NCBI GenBank assembly: GCA_023515725.1
Contig: JALDTO010000337.1
Span: 1-34,828, forward strand
Length of the DNA stretch: 34,828 nt
Direction: 5' to 3'
Source: Amoeboaphelidium protococcarum X5
Taxonomy: Eukaryota; Fungi; Aphelidiomycota
Shown here: piece by piece, positions 1 to 12,193 of the stretch
Position numbering within the stretch: position 1 is the stretch's first letter
Layout: each line of letters starts with the position of its first letter
Position numbers and translations under genes: made by a program
The notes under the pieces: generated by a model
Told to the model about the DNA's origin: nothing
What the model saw: the letters and a program-made list of their open reading frames with translations, nothing else
Databases searched by the model: none

Positions 1-672
1 CTTCTTACATTCTGTGGCCAGTATAAAGTTTTAGGATCTATCTTAAAAAATGGTATCCGATCTACCGCGGATATCATACTAAGACCTGGCCAAAATACCG
101 CCTACGATGAATGGACTTTGAGGCCTGTGATAGATTATAATTCCAAGACAGATGCCTATCCTAACGACTAAGCTTTCAAACATGCTTTCGACAATGATCT
201 CACTAGTAGACTCGTCCAGACCAACGAAATCGCGATAAATTAGATCAACCGCGACATCATCCATAACTTTCTGATCGCATATCTCAGACCAATGGGAAGG
301 AGCACCAACTAAACCTGCAAGGTCATCGAGAGTGGCTATCGGCTGCAGACCTCTATACAAATAGGGATTTAGAACCAGATGATGCATTTGAGACGCGACT
401 GGCTTCTTTACAATCTTGAAATCATCCGACTGATACAGTGCCGAGTCTACCATCTCCCATCTAGCACTTTCAGCATCAAGGAAGGCGCGATTAGCCAGCA
501 GCTTCGCATTAATCAACGCTTCAGTATCATCATCAGATCCAACTTCAATATCAAGAGACTCCATAGACGATAAAGATTTAACATCACTTTCACTAACGCA
601 ACTACCAACATCTGAATTTACACGGACAAGTATAGTCTACTCTTCACTTTTATAAGACGGCCCTGAAAGCAT
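1..672 (-). CDS. PD-(D/E)xK restriction-endonuclease-fold protein, Crinkler/CR-effector-like (3' end runs off the window)
   Basis: ATG at 672 is in frame with supplied ORF 79..564. With TAR=Gln the frame stays open to position 1 and reads ...PFIVGGILARSQYDIRGRSDTIFQDRSQNFILATECKK, a D-x(n)-E-x-K arrangement typical of the REase fold. Family call is by motif recognition only. Confidence 0.6.
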
Positions 673-1273
673 AATAAATTAAAATATACGGTACGGTATA
701 TCCTCAAAATGAGAGAGATTACTCAAATACACAGTGAGTTAATAGTGAAAAAGTAGAAATCATAAAATATAGCACGCGACGATATACTTGGAACGTAAAA
801 GACTTTAACATTTCAGCGGCGAATCTTTCACTTTCGTTCAATAGTAGGAAACACAAAGACGTATCACCCGAGATTTCGGAGTATAAATAGCTGAACCAAT
901 TCCACTCCCCACGCGCGTTGGTTTCAGATTACGAAGCATCTTAACGCTAGAGTCGGGCACTACTCTTTATTTCAAACCGATTTTCATAATGTACCTCCTT
1001 CCAAAGCAGCCAAGCTTTGTATCAGAATCTTTAGTGGTTAGACTAAACGCGATAGAGTGAATTTACTGAGAAATTGCAAGTGAGAGGTGATTGGTCATTG
1101 TGGATCAAATCTCTTACCGTCGTCGTCGCGCTTCGCCCCTTTTACAGAATCACTCTCCATCACTATCATCATCATCATCATTATTACAATCTCAGTTTAA
1201 CATTCATCTTTCTTGAAAATTTGTTGATATTTACTTAGCGCTTACTTTTAATATATTGACAGAATTGAAGGGA

Positions 1274-2812
1274 ATGGAGACTACTACAGTGTTAGAATAA
1301 AAATTAGACAATAAATAGCAACATGAGGAGGAGGTCTCTTCATCTGACTGTGGCGATACTGTGGCTTGCAGTTTATCTAATCAGTAGGATACCTTAGTCG
1401 CTGCTCATGATGATCATGAAGATAAATGCGTCAATTATTTTGCGATTATTGCCACTGTATCACGATATGCATTTATTGCTGCTCTCATTACCGCTGTTAT
1501 ACTTATATTCACTCAAAATTATCATATCAAGATTCTGGAATTTCTTCATAAACTGTAATAGAGCGAGTCGCGAGCCACTGTAATTATGACGCTTTTGATC
1601 TATGCACTTACGTTTGTCATCATCGCTATTGTTGGAGTACCATGCAGTGTCATGTCTGTGGCAGCCGGTATGCTCTATCGACCGTATATCTATGCATTTG
1701 GTGTTGTATGCGCGTGTATCATTCTTAGTAGTGTTGTTGGATTTTATATCGGGCGATTGGTGATTAAACGGCTTATATTTGGAAAGCAGTAGAGTCTTGT
1801 GAATGGATAAAGTAATCATTTCAGTGGTGAATTTTATAAAAGCGCATGGTTTAAACGGCGGCGAAAGATACGCACCATGTTGTATGCTATGAAGTTAAAT
1901 TAGCGCGATAATCATCTGGATGAGACGTCGATTGATAACTTGTTAAAGAATAAGAGCATCCTGGAATTCCTTTTAGATTTTGCGCATTATCTCGGATTTA
2001 GGTGGCATGTGTTTAAAATGGCCACTCTGTTCAGATTTATCCAGGTTCTACCATTTGCAGTTACCACGTATGCGCTCGCTGTAATGACTCCTAATCGCGG
2101 TCCGAATGCACTGAAAGTTATTCCATTCGTGTGTACTACGCTCTTGGGAGTTATGCCTGGATTGTCTGTATTCATTTGGGCAGGCTCACTCGTTGATGAT
2201 TATAACAATCCTGATAACGAGAGTTTGGAAGAGCGAATGGGGCATAAAGCATTTGTGGTACTGATGCTGGTATCGTCTTGTATTGTAGTAGGTGCTTTTG
2301 CTCTCCTCATATGCTGGGGAAGAAAGACGTGGCGTGGAATGGTTAAATAAGTCCAGTACGAGGTGAGGCTTAGTAGAAGTTAGAGACGATTAAGAATGGA
2401 GAATAATAATCGCCCAATTCCAAATGATTAATAAAGTATTCACAGCGATGACGGGATATTAGATGATGGTGAAAATGAAGATATGGTTGACACTGAAGAT
2501 GATCTTTCATTCATATCTGACGGTGAACCAATTTAAGATTGCGAACGCGTACCGGATCATGCATTACATCACAGTCATAGTGATCTTACATTTTAATAGC
2601 TAGATTAGTCGACTGATTAAGATCCTCTGTTGGCAGCAGATGCAAAATTAGAAGACGCTAAATACAGAGAGCCTGTGTTAATTAAACCGTCTCATTAAGA
2701 AATTAGAGGTAGCCTGACTGTGAAGGAAGTGTGGTTTTTGCGTATCATCTTTGTGGCGTGTATCGTCACTCTATCAGTTGGGCTGCCTTTGGCATTTACC
2801 GGCAGAATTTGA
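1274..2812 (+). CDS. Tvp38/TMEM64-like DedA (VTT, SNARE-associated) membrane protein, 512 aa
   Basis: One frame from ATG 1274 to TGA 2810-2812 joins supplied ORFs 1586..1792 and 1940..2350. It has VTT-type segments (GVPCSVMSVAAGMLY, SSVVGFYIGR, LFRFIQVLPFAVTTYALA, TLLGVMPGLSVFIWAGS) and several hydrophobic helices. Confidence 0.8.
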
Positions 2813-3126
2813 TTATAAATTTATCAGCCTCATGTCTAAATAATAAATGTTCATGGTTGAGATTAGTCTTTGCAGGTAGTTTCGATTATTAAGTCAGTTG
2901 TAACTACGAATACGTAGGCTATTTATAGACTTTTTGATTTCGATGTAACCATCCAACCAACCAACCAGTCGACATCTTTATCTTGGTCTAATCAACTGCT
3001 CGCAGAAATAATACAATAGCCAATTGGAAGGTTGTTGCTCACTTTACAATATAAAAGGCATAATTAAGTGTGCATCAGCCATACGTGAAACAATTATAAA
3101 TCAAGCGTGTGATACTGAAAGTAAGA

Positions 3127-3978
3127 ATGGATCCATCAATTTTCTCTTAACAATCTGGCAATGGGCGCAGTGATGCAACTGGCGGTCCTGATCAGTAAAA
3201 TACCTAGAAAAGAAGCAGGTAGAACGATAATACAAACTTTGGCTTTCCAGTTTAATAGACAAATAGTCTTAGTAGTCAGTAGTATCCATTTATCAATCAA
3301 TATGGAGGTGGCTCTTAGGTACAGCAGGGAAATGTTCTTAATCAGCTGCTTTACAACAATAACCAGAGTCACCAAGGCAATAATCAGCTGAGTGCCGGTC
3401 TCGTCTCTGGTGCACAAGGACTATCTAATCCGTTGGCCGGTCTAATGAACGTTGGACTGTTCAACAATCCGTTGGCATCGTAATAGCAGTAGTAATAGCA
3501 GATGATGATGGGCCAGCAAGGATAGAGATAGCAGGCGCAGGCGGCTGCCGAGTAGCCAATGTACGTCAATGCTAGACAATATCACAGAATCTTGAAACGT
3601 CGCGTGGCGCGCGCAAAGTACGAAGCCGCTTTGAAAGCTTAAAACACCAAGCGACCATACTTGCATGAGAGCCGGCACAAGCATGCTATGAAGAGGCCTA
3701 GAGGTCCGGGTGGCAGGTTTCTGACTGCGAAGGAGATAGCTGAGCTGGAACAATAGAAGGGAACATAGTCTTCTAGTTCTGAGAAGTCTTCTGTGAGCCC
3801 AGTAGCAGTTGGCGCCGATGAGGATAACGATGATGAATAAGAAGTTTCATAAACCACTGTTAAAAAGTAGAAAATCAAGGAAGTATCTGCGGTGTCATCA
3901 CCAAAATCCCCAAACGGCGGCAAAGTTCCTAAAATAACAAACATTGAAGATTTTCTGAATGATAATTCCACTAATTGA
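3127..3978 (+). CDS. HAP2: CCAAT-binding factor subunit Hap2/NF-YA, 283 aa
   Basis: Not in the supplied track. With TAR=Gln it reads [23 protein letters not shown]...[26 protein letters not shown], the diagnostic CBF-B/NF-YA domain, after a Gln-rich N-terminus. Ends at TGA 3976-3978. Confidence 0.95.
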
Positions 3979-3982
3979 TAAA

Positions 3983-4732
3983 ATGAGATATACGCGTTGT
4001 TTAGGTAGATGTTTTACATTAGTGATGTAACATGAGATTTTCGCGTTTTTCAATCCGTCCTTTACAGCACAGAGATTATACAATAATAGTGGATTAAAAG
4101 CGATTGGTATGTTACCCGTAATTCCTGTGACTCTAATATAACGATGGCCTGTGCCATAGACCAAAATAATGCTGGAAACTATCAATGAATTATTTAGCGA
4201 GAAAATTTAATCAGGTATCACCAGAATACATTGCGTAGATCCCAACTCGCTAATAAAATTGCATTATGCATTTCAGACCGCTTCTTCATCGCGATCAAGT
4301 CAGTAGCATTCTGGTGGATAGAGCTATAATACAGGCACTCTTCACGTCCTCATGTAATAGTTAGTATCTGTGGCCACTCAGGCAGAGCTCGTATATATTG
4401 AGGTGATGCTGAATATGCGACTCACATAATTATATCTGCATGGGTCCCCTGGTAAAGTCATTCCGTCCATGGAGAAAAGTGAGTCCTACGGTTTGAGAGC
4501 ACTAGATATTTTAGAAAATCTACAGAGTAAACTACTTAAAGATTGTGATCAGGAGTGTATACGCGTCTTTTAGTAACTAGAATGGACTGCGTTAACAGAT
4601 GAATTGTTCAGCAATCTGGAATACTTGTTTAGTGATTGGTAGGAGCGATCAGTCATTTTCAAGTGGCTTCCTCAACGCAAAGGTAAAATTTAGCGTTAAA
4701 TTGAAAAGCTTTAATCCTCTGAAGATATCTGA
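3983..4732 (+). CDS. Hypothetical protein, up to 249 aa (true start may be the in-frame ATG at 4109 or later)
   Basis: A 250-codon frame with no internal TGA, ending at TGA 4730-4732 and followed by AT-rich sequence. No motif recognised. Confidence 0.5.
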
Positions 4733-4965
4733 AATTGACTTTTTAGCAGTTAAATGATTTTATTAAAATGATATTTAAATCAAATATTAAACGTTCAAGT
4801 TCACTTTAATAATCGCTCTATGAATAAAAGTGCTAAAGCTAGCGTGGAGACTGTCTGTAAAATGAGGCGCAACTTCACCTCGCCATCGGCCGATTTGTTC
4901 TCGACTCTTCCTTCCTTCCTTACTTACTGTACTTCTTTCTTTCAGAGAAACGGAGACGAGAGGAC

Positions 4966-4987
4966 GAGAGAGAGAGAGAGAGAGAGA
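4966..4987 (+). repeat. (GA)11 microsatellite upstream of CK1
   Basis: Read directly from the sequence. Confidence 0.9.
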
Positions 4988-5040
4988 AACCGCGTCATCT
5001 CGCGTGAAGTCGAAATATTTCTTTCTTTCTTTCCGCTCGA

Positions 5041-5060
5041 TCGTTCGTTCGTTCGTTCGT
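5041..5060 (+). repeat. (TCGT)5 tetranucleotide repeat upstream of CK1
   Basis: Read directly: tcgttcgttcgttcgttcgt. Confidence 0.9.
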
Positions 5061-5271
5061 CCAGTTTGACTCAGCGCAAAGAAAGTGTGCGTAAGCCAAA
5101 AGAGTTTTTACAGTTCAGAGCAGATTCTCCTCTTTCTTCTTCTTCTCAAGTCACTGTACTGTGGCGTAACGTTAGTTCTAAGAAATCATATTTTATTGCA
5201 GATAATTGTGTCTAATCTGATAATTAAACGGCTTATAAAGTTTAGATCTTTGGAATTAAATTGAATAGAAA

Positions 5272-6756
5272 ATGTCGTTGCCCAACTAGTCATCGTCTGC
5301 ATCGTAGTAATAATAGGGCGGAGGCACGACTGAGATCAGAATAGGGAATAGGTATAAATTGGGGAGGAAGATTGGAGCTGGATCGTTTGGTGACATTTAT
5401 TTGGGAACCAGTTTGAGTAGTGGTGAGCAGGTGGCCATAAAGCTGGAGAGTATTCGGGCTCGTCATCCGCAGTTGGAGTATGAGGCTCGAGTGTACCGGG
5501 CTCTTGCTGGCGGCTTTGGTATACCGTCGGTGCGCTGGTTCGGTGTGGAGGGAGACTTCTTTGCTATGGTCATCGATCTTTTGGGGCCTTCGCTGGAGGA
5601 TTTGTTCAACTTTTGTTCAAGGCAGTTCTCGCTGAAGACCGTGGTGCTACTTGCTGACCAGCTAATCTCCAGGATTGAGCACATCCACTCCAAGAACTTT
5701 ATTCATCGAGACATAAAGCCAGACAATTTTCTTATGGGCCTCGGTAGGAAGGGTAATCAGGTCCACGTTATTGATTTTGGTCTGGCAAAGAAGTATCGGG
5801 ATCCCAAGACTCATCTCCATATCCCGTATCGTGAGCACAAGAATCTTACAGGCACGGCGAGGTATGCGTCCATCAATACTCATCTGGGCATAGAGCAGAG
5901 TAGAAGAGATGATTTGGAGTCGCTTGGCTATGTGTTGATGTACTTTTGCAGAGGAAGTCTTCCGTGGTAGGGGCTGAGAGCTGGCACAAAGAAGTAGAAG
6001 TATGACCGTATTATGGAGAGAAAGATGACCACGGCCACTGAGAGTTTATGCAGAGGTTTCCCTCAGGAGTTTGCCGTCTATTTGAATTATGTGCGCTCAC
6101 TAAGATTTGATGACAGGCCAGATTATGCGTATTTGAGAAAGCTGTTCCGCGACCTGTTCATGCGAGAGGGATTCATCTATGACTACATCTTTGACTGGAC
6201 TCTGATCAAGCTGGAGAAGGATCGAGCTGCGGCGTAGAAGGAAGCTGGTGGCTCTGCTGGTGCTGGTATAAATGTGGCCGGTCTGTCTGGTGGTGGTGGT
6301 AACCTCGGTGGAGGTAATAAGATGTTGACCAGTGCGGATGACGTTAATGAGGATCCGGAGAAGAAGAAGAAGGATCATACGGTTGGCAAATGGGTGAATG
6401 AGGTGGATAGAAGCACTCGAGCGCCTGGTGCTGTTGCTAATGTACCTGGTGCAATCGGTGCTTTGGGTGGAAGTGGTAATGCTTTGGATCTAGCTGGTGG
6501 TGGTGGCGGCGGTAGTAGTAATATGGCAGCGACGATGCAATAGCAGTAGTTGTAGCAGTAATCATCTTCAAGACGATCTTCAAAGAATGCAATCACTGTG
6601 GGAGGTAATAATACGAATGTAGCTACTGGCATGTCTACAAGAGCAACTACTAGTCAGTAATAATAGCAGCAGTAGAATATGGGCGGCAGTGGTGGAAATA
6701 GCAATAGCAACATTTATGGAGGTGGCGGCGGTGCGTATGGATCTGGCAATGTTTGA
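5272..6756 (+). CDS. HRR25: Casein kinase 1 (delta/epsilon, Hrr25/Hhp1-like), 494 aa, with Gly/Gln-rich tail
   Basis: Motifs [62 protein letters not shown]. The conserved LPWQGL and TKKQKY both have TAG at the Gln. ATG 5272, TGA 6754-6756. Confidence 0.95.
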
Positions 6757-6901
6757 TCGCGTCAAGATGCTGACTGTTGTTGTAATTATTATTTCTACGG
6801 TAATAAAGTAAAAAGGAAGTTACTAATCCATATTTTTCATCTTTTGTTAACAGCATTTCATTTTTATCATCTTTAATACATCATTCATCATCATTTATCA
6901 A

Positions 6902-9900
6902 TCAATTATCGACATTGACAAGGCGGTTCACATCATGCTCATCAAGCCTCTTTCTGCTCTCACGCTCCTTGAATCTCAACTTAAACATCTCCGCAGTGTA
7001 TTTATCAAAGGAGCGTAATCTCAACAATTTCAAAAGGCCATCGCTATCAAGATATTGTTATTATTACTACTGTGCAGATAGTTAGCATGTACCGGGCAGA
7101 GATTACTGGTTGAAAACTTCATCAAATTTCTTCACAATCTACCCATAATCTTTCCAGTAGAATTCACAACACATAACCAGCTCCTTATACATCTTGGACT
7201 CGAGTACATTCATCGGAACACCGAGTTCCGATCCATCTGCGTGAAAGAACATCTTCAGAATATCTAAACACTTGGTCAACATTTCCACTTGCTTTTAAGT
7301 TAAAGGCTTGGTGCGATTCAGAGGACTAATCAGCACAGCTTCTCCATATAGAGATGGTAGCATAAGGGATTCAAATATATACAACAGCTCTTTCCATGTC
7401 TTTCGCAGTAAATCTTTAGATAGGCGCGGATACAAGTTCTGACTCAATACAGATAATGTCTCATTCAGGTAATCAGTCAGTGGTGTCATTGCAGAGTCCA
7501 CCTCTTGCACAGATACCAGGTCTTTATCAGAAAATGAGGCCAGAGCTTTATCTGCCGCATTGTGTGAAGATGGGGAAGAGGAGGAGCCTCCACCACCACC
7601 ACCACCACCAGCAGAAAACAAGCTTCTAAATCCACCTAAAATTTCTCCAGCACCTTGCACGCCGCTCTTCTCGCAGTCTTTGAGTATCTTAACAAGTTCC
7701 TTCTTCACCACTACGCCCATACTTTCACTGAAAAGTCCAAGAAGATCATAAGAGAAACGCTTCAGCTCACGGAATGATTTTCTAAAATAGAAATCAATGT
7801 CAGCCAAACCGGATTAAGAGGAAATAGACTGCGATTTGTCCAATTACATTCGCAATAACACTTTACCTTGAGGACTAATGTTGATCCAAACATCGTGCAC
7901 AAATCCGTCAGCTAAAGAATCTTTCAGGGCATCCACTTTCAATACATGATACCCGCATACATCATCTCTTCCAAAAGTATCATGATCAAACACGGTGACT
8001 GTAAACTCTGTGGCGTAGCGAAGGATAGTAGAGAATTCCTCATTCCATCTAGCATTCAAAGTGGCGAATTAAATCTTGGTCTTGGCAATAACTCTATCCA
8101 CATAATCACCACCACTAGTCTTTTACCAAGGATTTACACCACCAACTGACCCATTTAAAGATGACGCGCGCTATTAATCACTAATATTACGCTCCTTCAC
8201 AGTAATTACACAGTACGGGTCACTCTGCCCATTGGCATCACAAGGCATCAAGTTCTCAGCACCGACCACTTTAATCACAATCTGCCCGCTCAGTCCACCT
8301 GCTAAAGAAGCTTCCTTAATAGAGTCGCGTTATCTACCACTCTGCTTCACTTTCGAATGAGCTTTCATCCAGTCACTAACTGCGTCAACTTTGAGCTGAG
8401 AGTAAGTCTCGTTCAACTGAACACGTGCAGCTTCAATATTGTTCACCTTCACACAGAGTTGCTGGGTGGCTTTTGTTCCCGCCAGCCATTCCACTTGGTT
8501 ATTCAGAGACTTTACACTAGCATTCGCCAACTTCTTAGACGGGCTAAGCAATCCAGACAATGCAACATCTAGATTATCATTGCCTTTACCTCCAGCAGCT
8601 TTCACGTACTGCAAACGCTCTTACATGACCTGACCCGATAGGATTTCACCATACTTTGCAACACCACGATTTAAGACGCGAGCATACCTTGTCAAGAATA
8701 GATTCCAATGCATTGTTCTCATAGTAATTTCACCATCATCATCACTTGACTCGCCGTTTACATTATCACTAATGGAACCTCCAGCCTAAATCCAGTCCAG
8801 TTTATTTAAGCACTCAATCATCTGGTTCAAACAGAAGAATAGATCAATCACAGACGTCGAGTGTAATAGACCGCTATCACCGCTCAAACTTTCAAATCTA
8901 TCTGCGGCAACTGAGCTCTCAACCCATTACAGCAATTTACCTTCCGAATGAATTAGCCAAGAATGTATACCAGGCGCCAGCCAGCGGTGTAGATTAAAAG
9001 TATCGGCGAGGTCACGATCAGACTGATCTTAAGAGTTTCGTAAGTTTATCAGAACTTTCTCTTGTAAATCTTTAACGGCATAGAACAATTCAAAGATATT
9101 AGTGCCATGTTCCAACAGATCTGCCTACTTCTTACTCTACTTTACAGCCGGCTGCATCTGAGCAGTAAAATTTTCCATTTCCAGAGTGTAATACTTTAGA
9201 TAGATCCCAGATGTGAGGCAGACAATATTGATATCTGCAGCAAAAGGCTCTTCAAAGTACAATTTATCGCTATCAATTTCCTCAATGATCATAGCCGCCA
9301 ACTTTACCAACCTTCCAACAGGATCCTCCTTCACAGGATTAGACATTTCGCTGATTCTCATGAATCTCTCCAATGTGCCAGACTTGAGCAGCGTATTCAA
9401 AGTATCATACAACGTGACCGAGCCTGAGAACTCCTGACTTGATTTTACACCTTCGTTGACACCCAATCCGCTATCAGATACACCAGTGCCCTTAAATGAA
9501 CTTTCGTACAAACTATTCATCAGGAGCAATGTATTGACTAAAGCTCCAGTAGGAGTATTCATTGGGAAGCAATCCTTATAATGCTAGATTTATTCGGAGC
9601 AATACTGCAACAGATCATTTCTCATAATATTATACTGTTGTCTGTATAAATTGAAAGACAGATAACCGCCAACACCAGATACTACAGGCGGATTAAAAAT
9701 TACATTACCTGCAGCGTCTGCACTCTCATTAGCGGGAGCCATTACCTTGACGCTGGACCAACAGTCATATCCATCTTGAAGAATCTTTTCAAATTTAGGC
9801 TACTATTGCACCAAAACACCAATGGCAGCAAATTAATTAATCTAAGCAAAATCGCCCTGATTAGAAGTTGCAAATTTGACCAAGGTCTAAGTCAGTGCTA

Positions 9901-12193
9901 ATTCACACCAAGCCGGCTACAGACGATACTTGGCGGCAATCTCCTGTAGGATAGCTTTACTAACGCGTGATAAGCACTCGCCGCTATTCACCAATTAGTT
10001 ATTATTATTGCAATCATTTCCAATCAGCTTCACAAGTAAATGTAAATAAACATTATGCGCATCCTCCCTAGACAGTTGAGGTATGATTGACCCAGCAATA
10101 TCCAGACTAGACTTGGACAATCCTCTTATGCGAGACTCGGCTGTTTGGACATCTTGGTTCTAATGAGCTGCCTAGTTATTATCCGACACTAATTCAATCA
10201 AAAGATGTATTTCACCACTGACATGGCTCCTTGAACTTCTCTTCTAAAGCGGATACCACTTTTTAAGAAATCTACCTCGGCATTTTTAAAGCTCAGCCAA
10301 TAATTGAGGAACTTCAAATACAACTTGACCAAGAAAATCATCAGCCTCATCTTTCCAGAATTTAGCACTAAGAACACTTGGCCCCTCTTCATCCTTATCC
10401 CAGACGGTGACTTTTAGTGGCTTCTTAGTCTAAGCTTTCACTTCCAACTATACTTCTTGGTCCCACAGAGGAAAGAGAGAGCCTTACACAACAGATGTCT
10501 CATAGCGCTCCTTACCCCATTCAACTGCCACATACGGATCTGAAGATTGGACATCTTCATTTTTGGCGGCCAGATTCTTGGCTTCAATTACTCTGATTCT
10601 AATCTATTACATGCCTTGAGACTAAGTCTTGTCCTCCTATGGGGCGATAACTTCAGATTACGCAGGGACTTCTGCCTATCCCTAGTCTGGATGAATGTAC
10701 AGCTTATCCAGGCGAGATATAAATCTTCCCAGATCCTTCTTCTCCAACTTTCGCCAATAATAAAACACTGGCTCATTATCACAAAGATTCTCAACTTCAA
10801 ACTGGTAGAATTTACTACCAGACATATCACGGTTGTCTAGACTGCGCAACTTCTAATTGAAATCATCAACCATCAACTCAGCCTCCTCAGATGTGGTGAT
10901 AGAATGCAGATACTTTTCATGCTAATTGCGTTTGATTATAAATACATCTTTAAGCAGTTCAGCCATAACCACACTGGATTAAGTCAATAGCTGAGTATCA
11001 AATGAATCAACTTCGTCTACTTCCGCAATAGCACCATTCTCAGTGTTATCCCTCTTACCAGATGATCCGGATGAGGACTCGTTAGTTTTGCTCTTGGTAC
11101 GTTTGTGATTAGCTTTACCGCCGGACTGCGCAGTGGACGGCATTCGACTATGGCGTCTATTCTTGCGAGAGGACTGAGACAACTCTTACACTTGTAAATC
11201 TTCAATGCAAGCCTTTACCAAATCTACAAACAATTAAACACGAGCAAAAGCAGCTTCGCTCTTATTAGCAAATGGCGTCAGTATGCGACTCTCATCAGCA
11301 GGCGCCTCGGCTATCAACTGCTCAATTTCTTTACGAACACGCAAGTCAAAAATGTTGATCAGGTCAGCGTATGTGGTACCAGCACTAACAATCTAGCTCT
11401 GATTCTTTTTGATCACCTACTCATAGAACTGCAAGAGTGCATGAAAGTAGATACGATCAACAAAGGAAGAAGAATCTTCCTACTCAGAGGAAGCATTCTC
11501 CTTCAACCACGACTTGGCCGCTTCCTTCAGTTACTTCACAAACACAGAGGTCAACTTGGAATCTGCAGAGTATTAACGGCTTTTCTAATCACCATTAGAG
11601 CCGGACGATCCAAAGCTAAACTTTTTAGCGATACTGGCAACCAATGACTGATACGCACCACCAGATTCTGACGATTGTTGGTTAGACGACGCGGATCCAT
11701 CGAGGCTATCCATAGAAGCTGAAACATCCTTATGATCAAGCAGCGGAAACAGAACGCATCCTAGAGCCACCATATAAGCCTACTCATCCTTACGTATCTA
11801 CTCAATCTCCTCTGCAGTCATAGACTTTACCTAAGACGCCAATTGAGGCTATTACTACTAGGACATTTACCGAGAATGGCGAATCTTTAAAACTTGTTAA
11901 GCCACTATTTTGGACAACTTGTCACTAGCAGAGTCATCATCATCAAGTTCAAAATGTTTCGGCAAAGTCAACTGTGCATACTACCTACCAGCAACGCCTC
12001 CAGCACCACCACCACGACGAGACAATGTAGTCATCTAGACATCCTTCAGGAACGACTGCTTATACTAACCTCTCTCCACAAAGTGTCTCAGCATCTCCCA
12101 TCTCTACTTTGCACTAATCTTACTCTTTCTCTTATTATTACTACTGCTATTGCTACTCTATAGCCTTACACCAATGTTCAACTTTTTAGGCAT
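6902..12193 (-). CDS. C2 / Munc13-homology (MUN) domain protein, Git1/YOR296W-like, about 1763 aa
   Basis: Supplied ORFs at 7295, 7844, 8330, 9137, 10979 and 11585 share one frame with ATG 12193 and TGA 6902-6904. Two C2 domains: IRVIEAKNLAAK..SSDPYVAVEWG..FPLWDQE..VTVWDKD (about 10380-10600) and IKVVGAENLMPCDANGQSDPYC..ARWNEEF..VFDHDTFGRDD (about 7850-8285). MHD-type motifs LCVKVNNIEAARVQL and AMTPLTDYLNETLSVL..FFHADG. Not every codon was checked. Confidence 0.85.

Noticed and set aside
4820-5215. Supplied 131-aa ORF containing RERERER
   Set aside because: It is a translation of promoter microsatellites (GA, TCGT, CT tracts) upstream of CK1.
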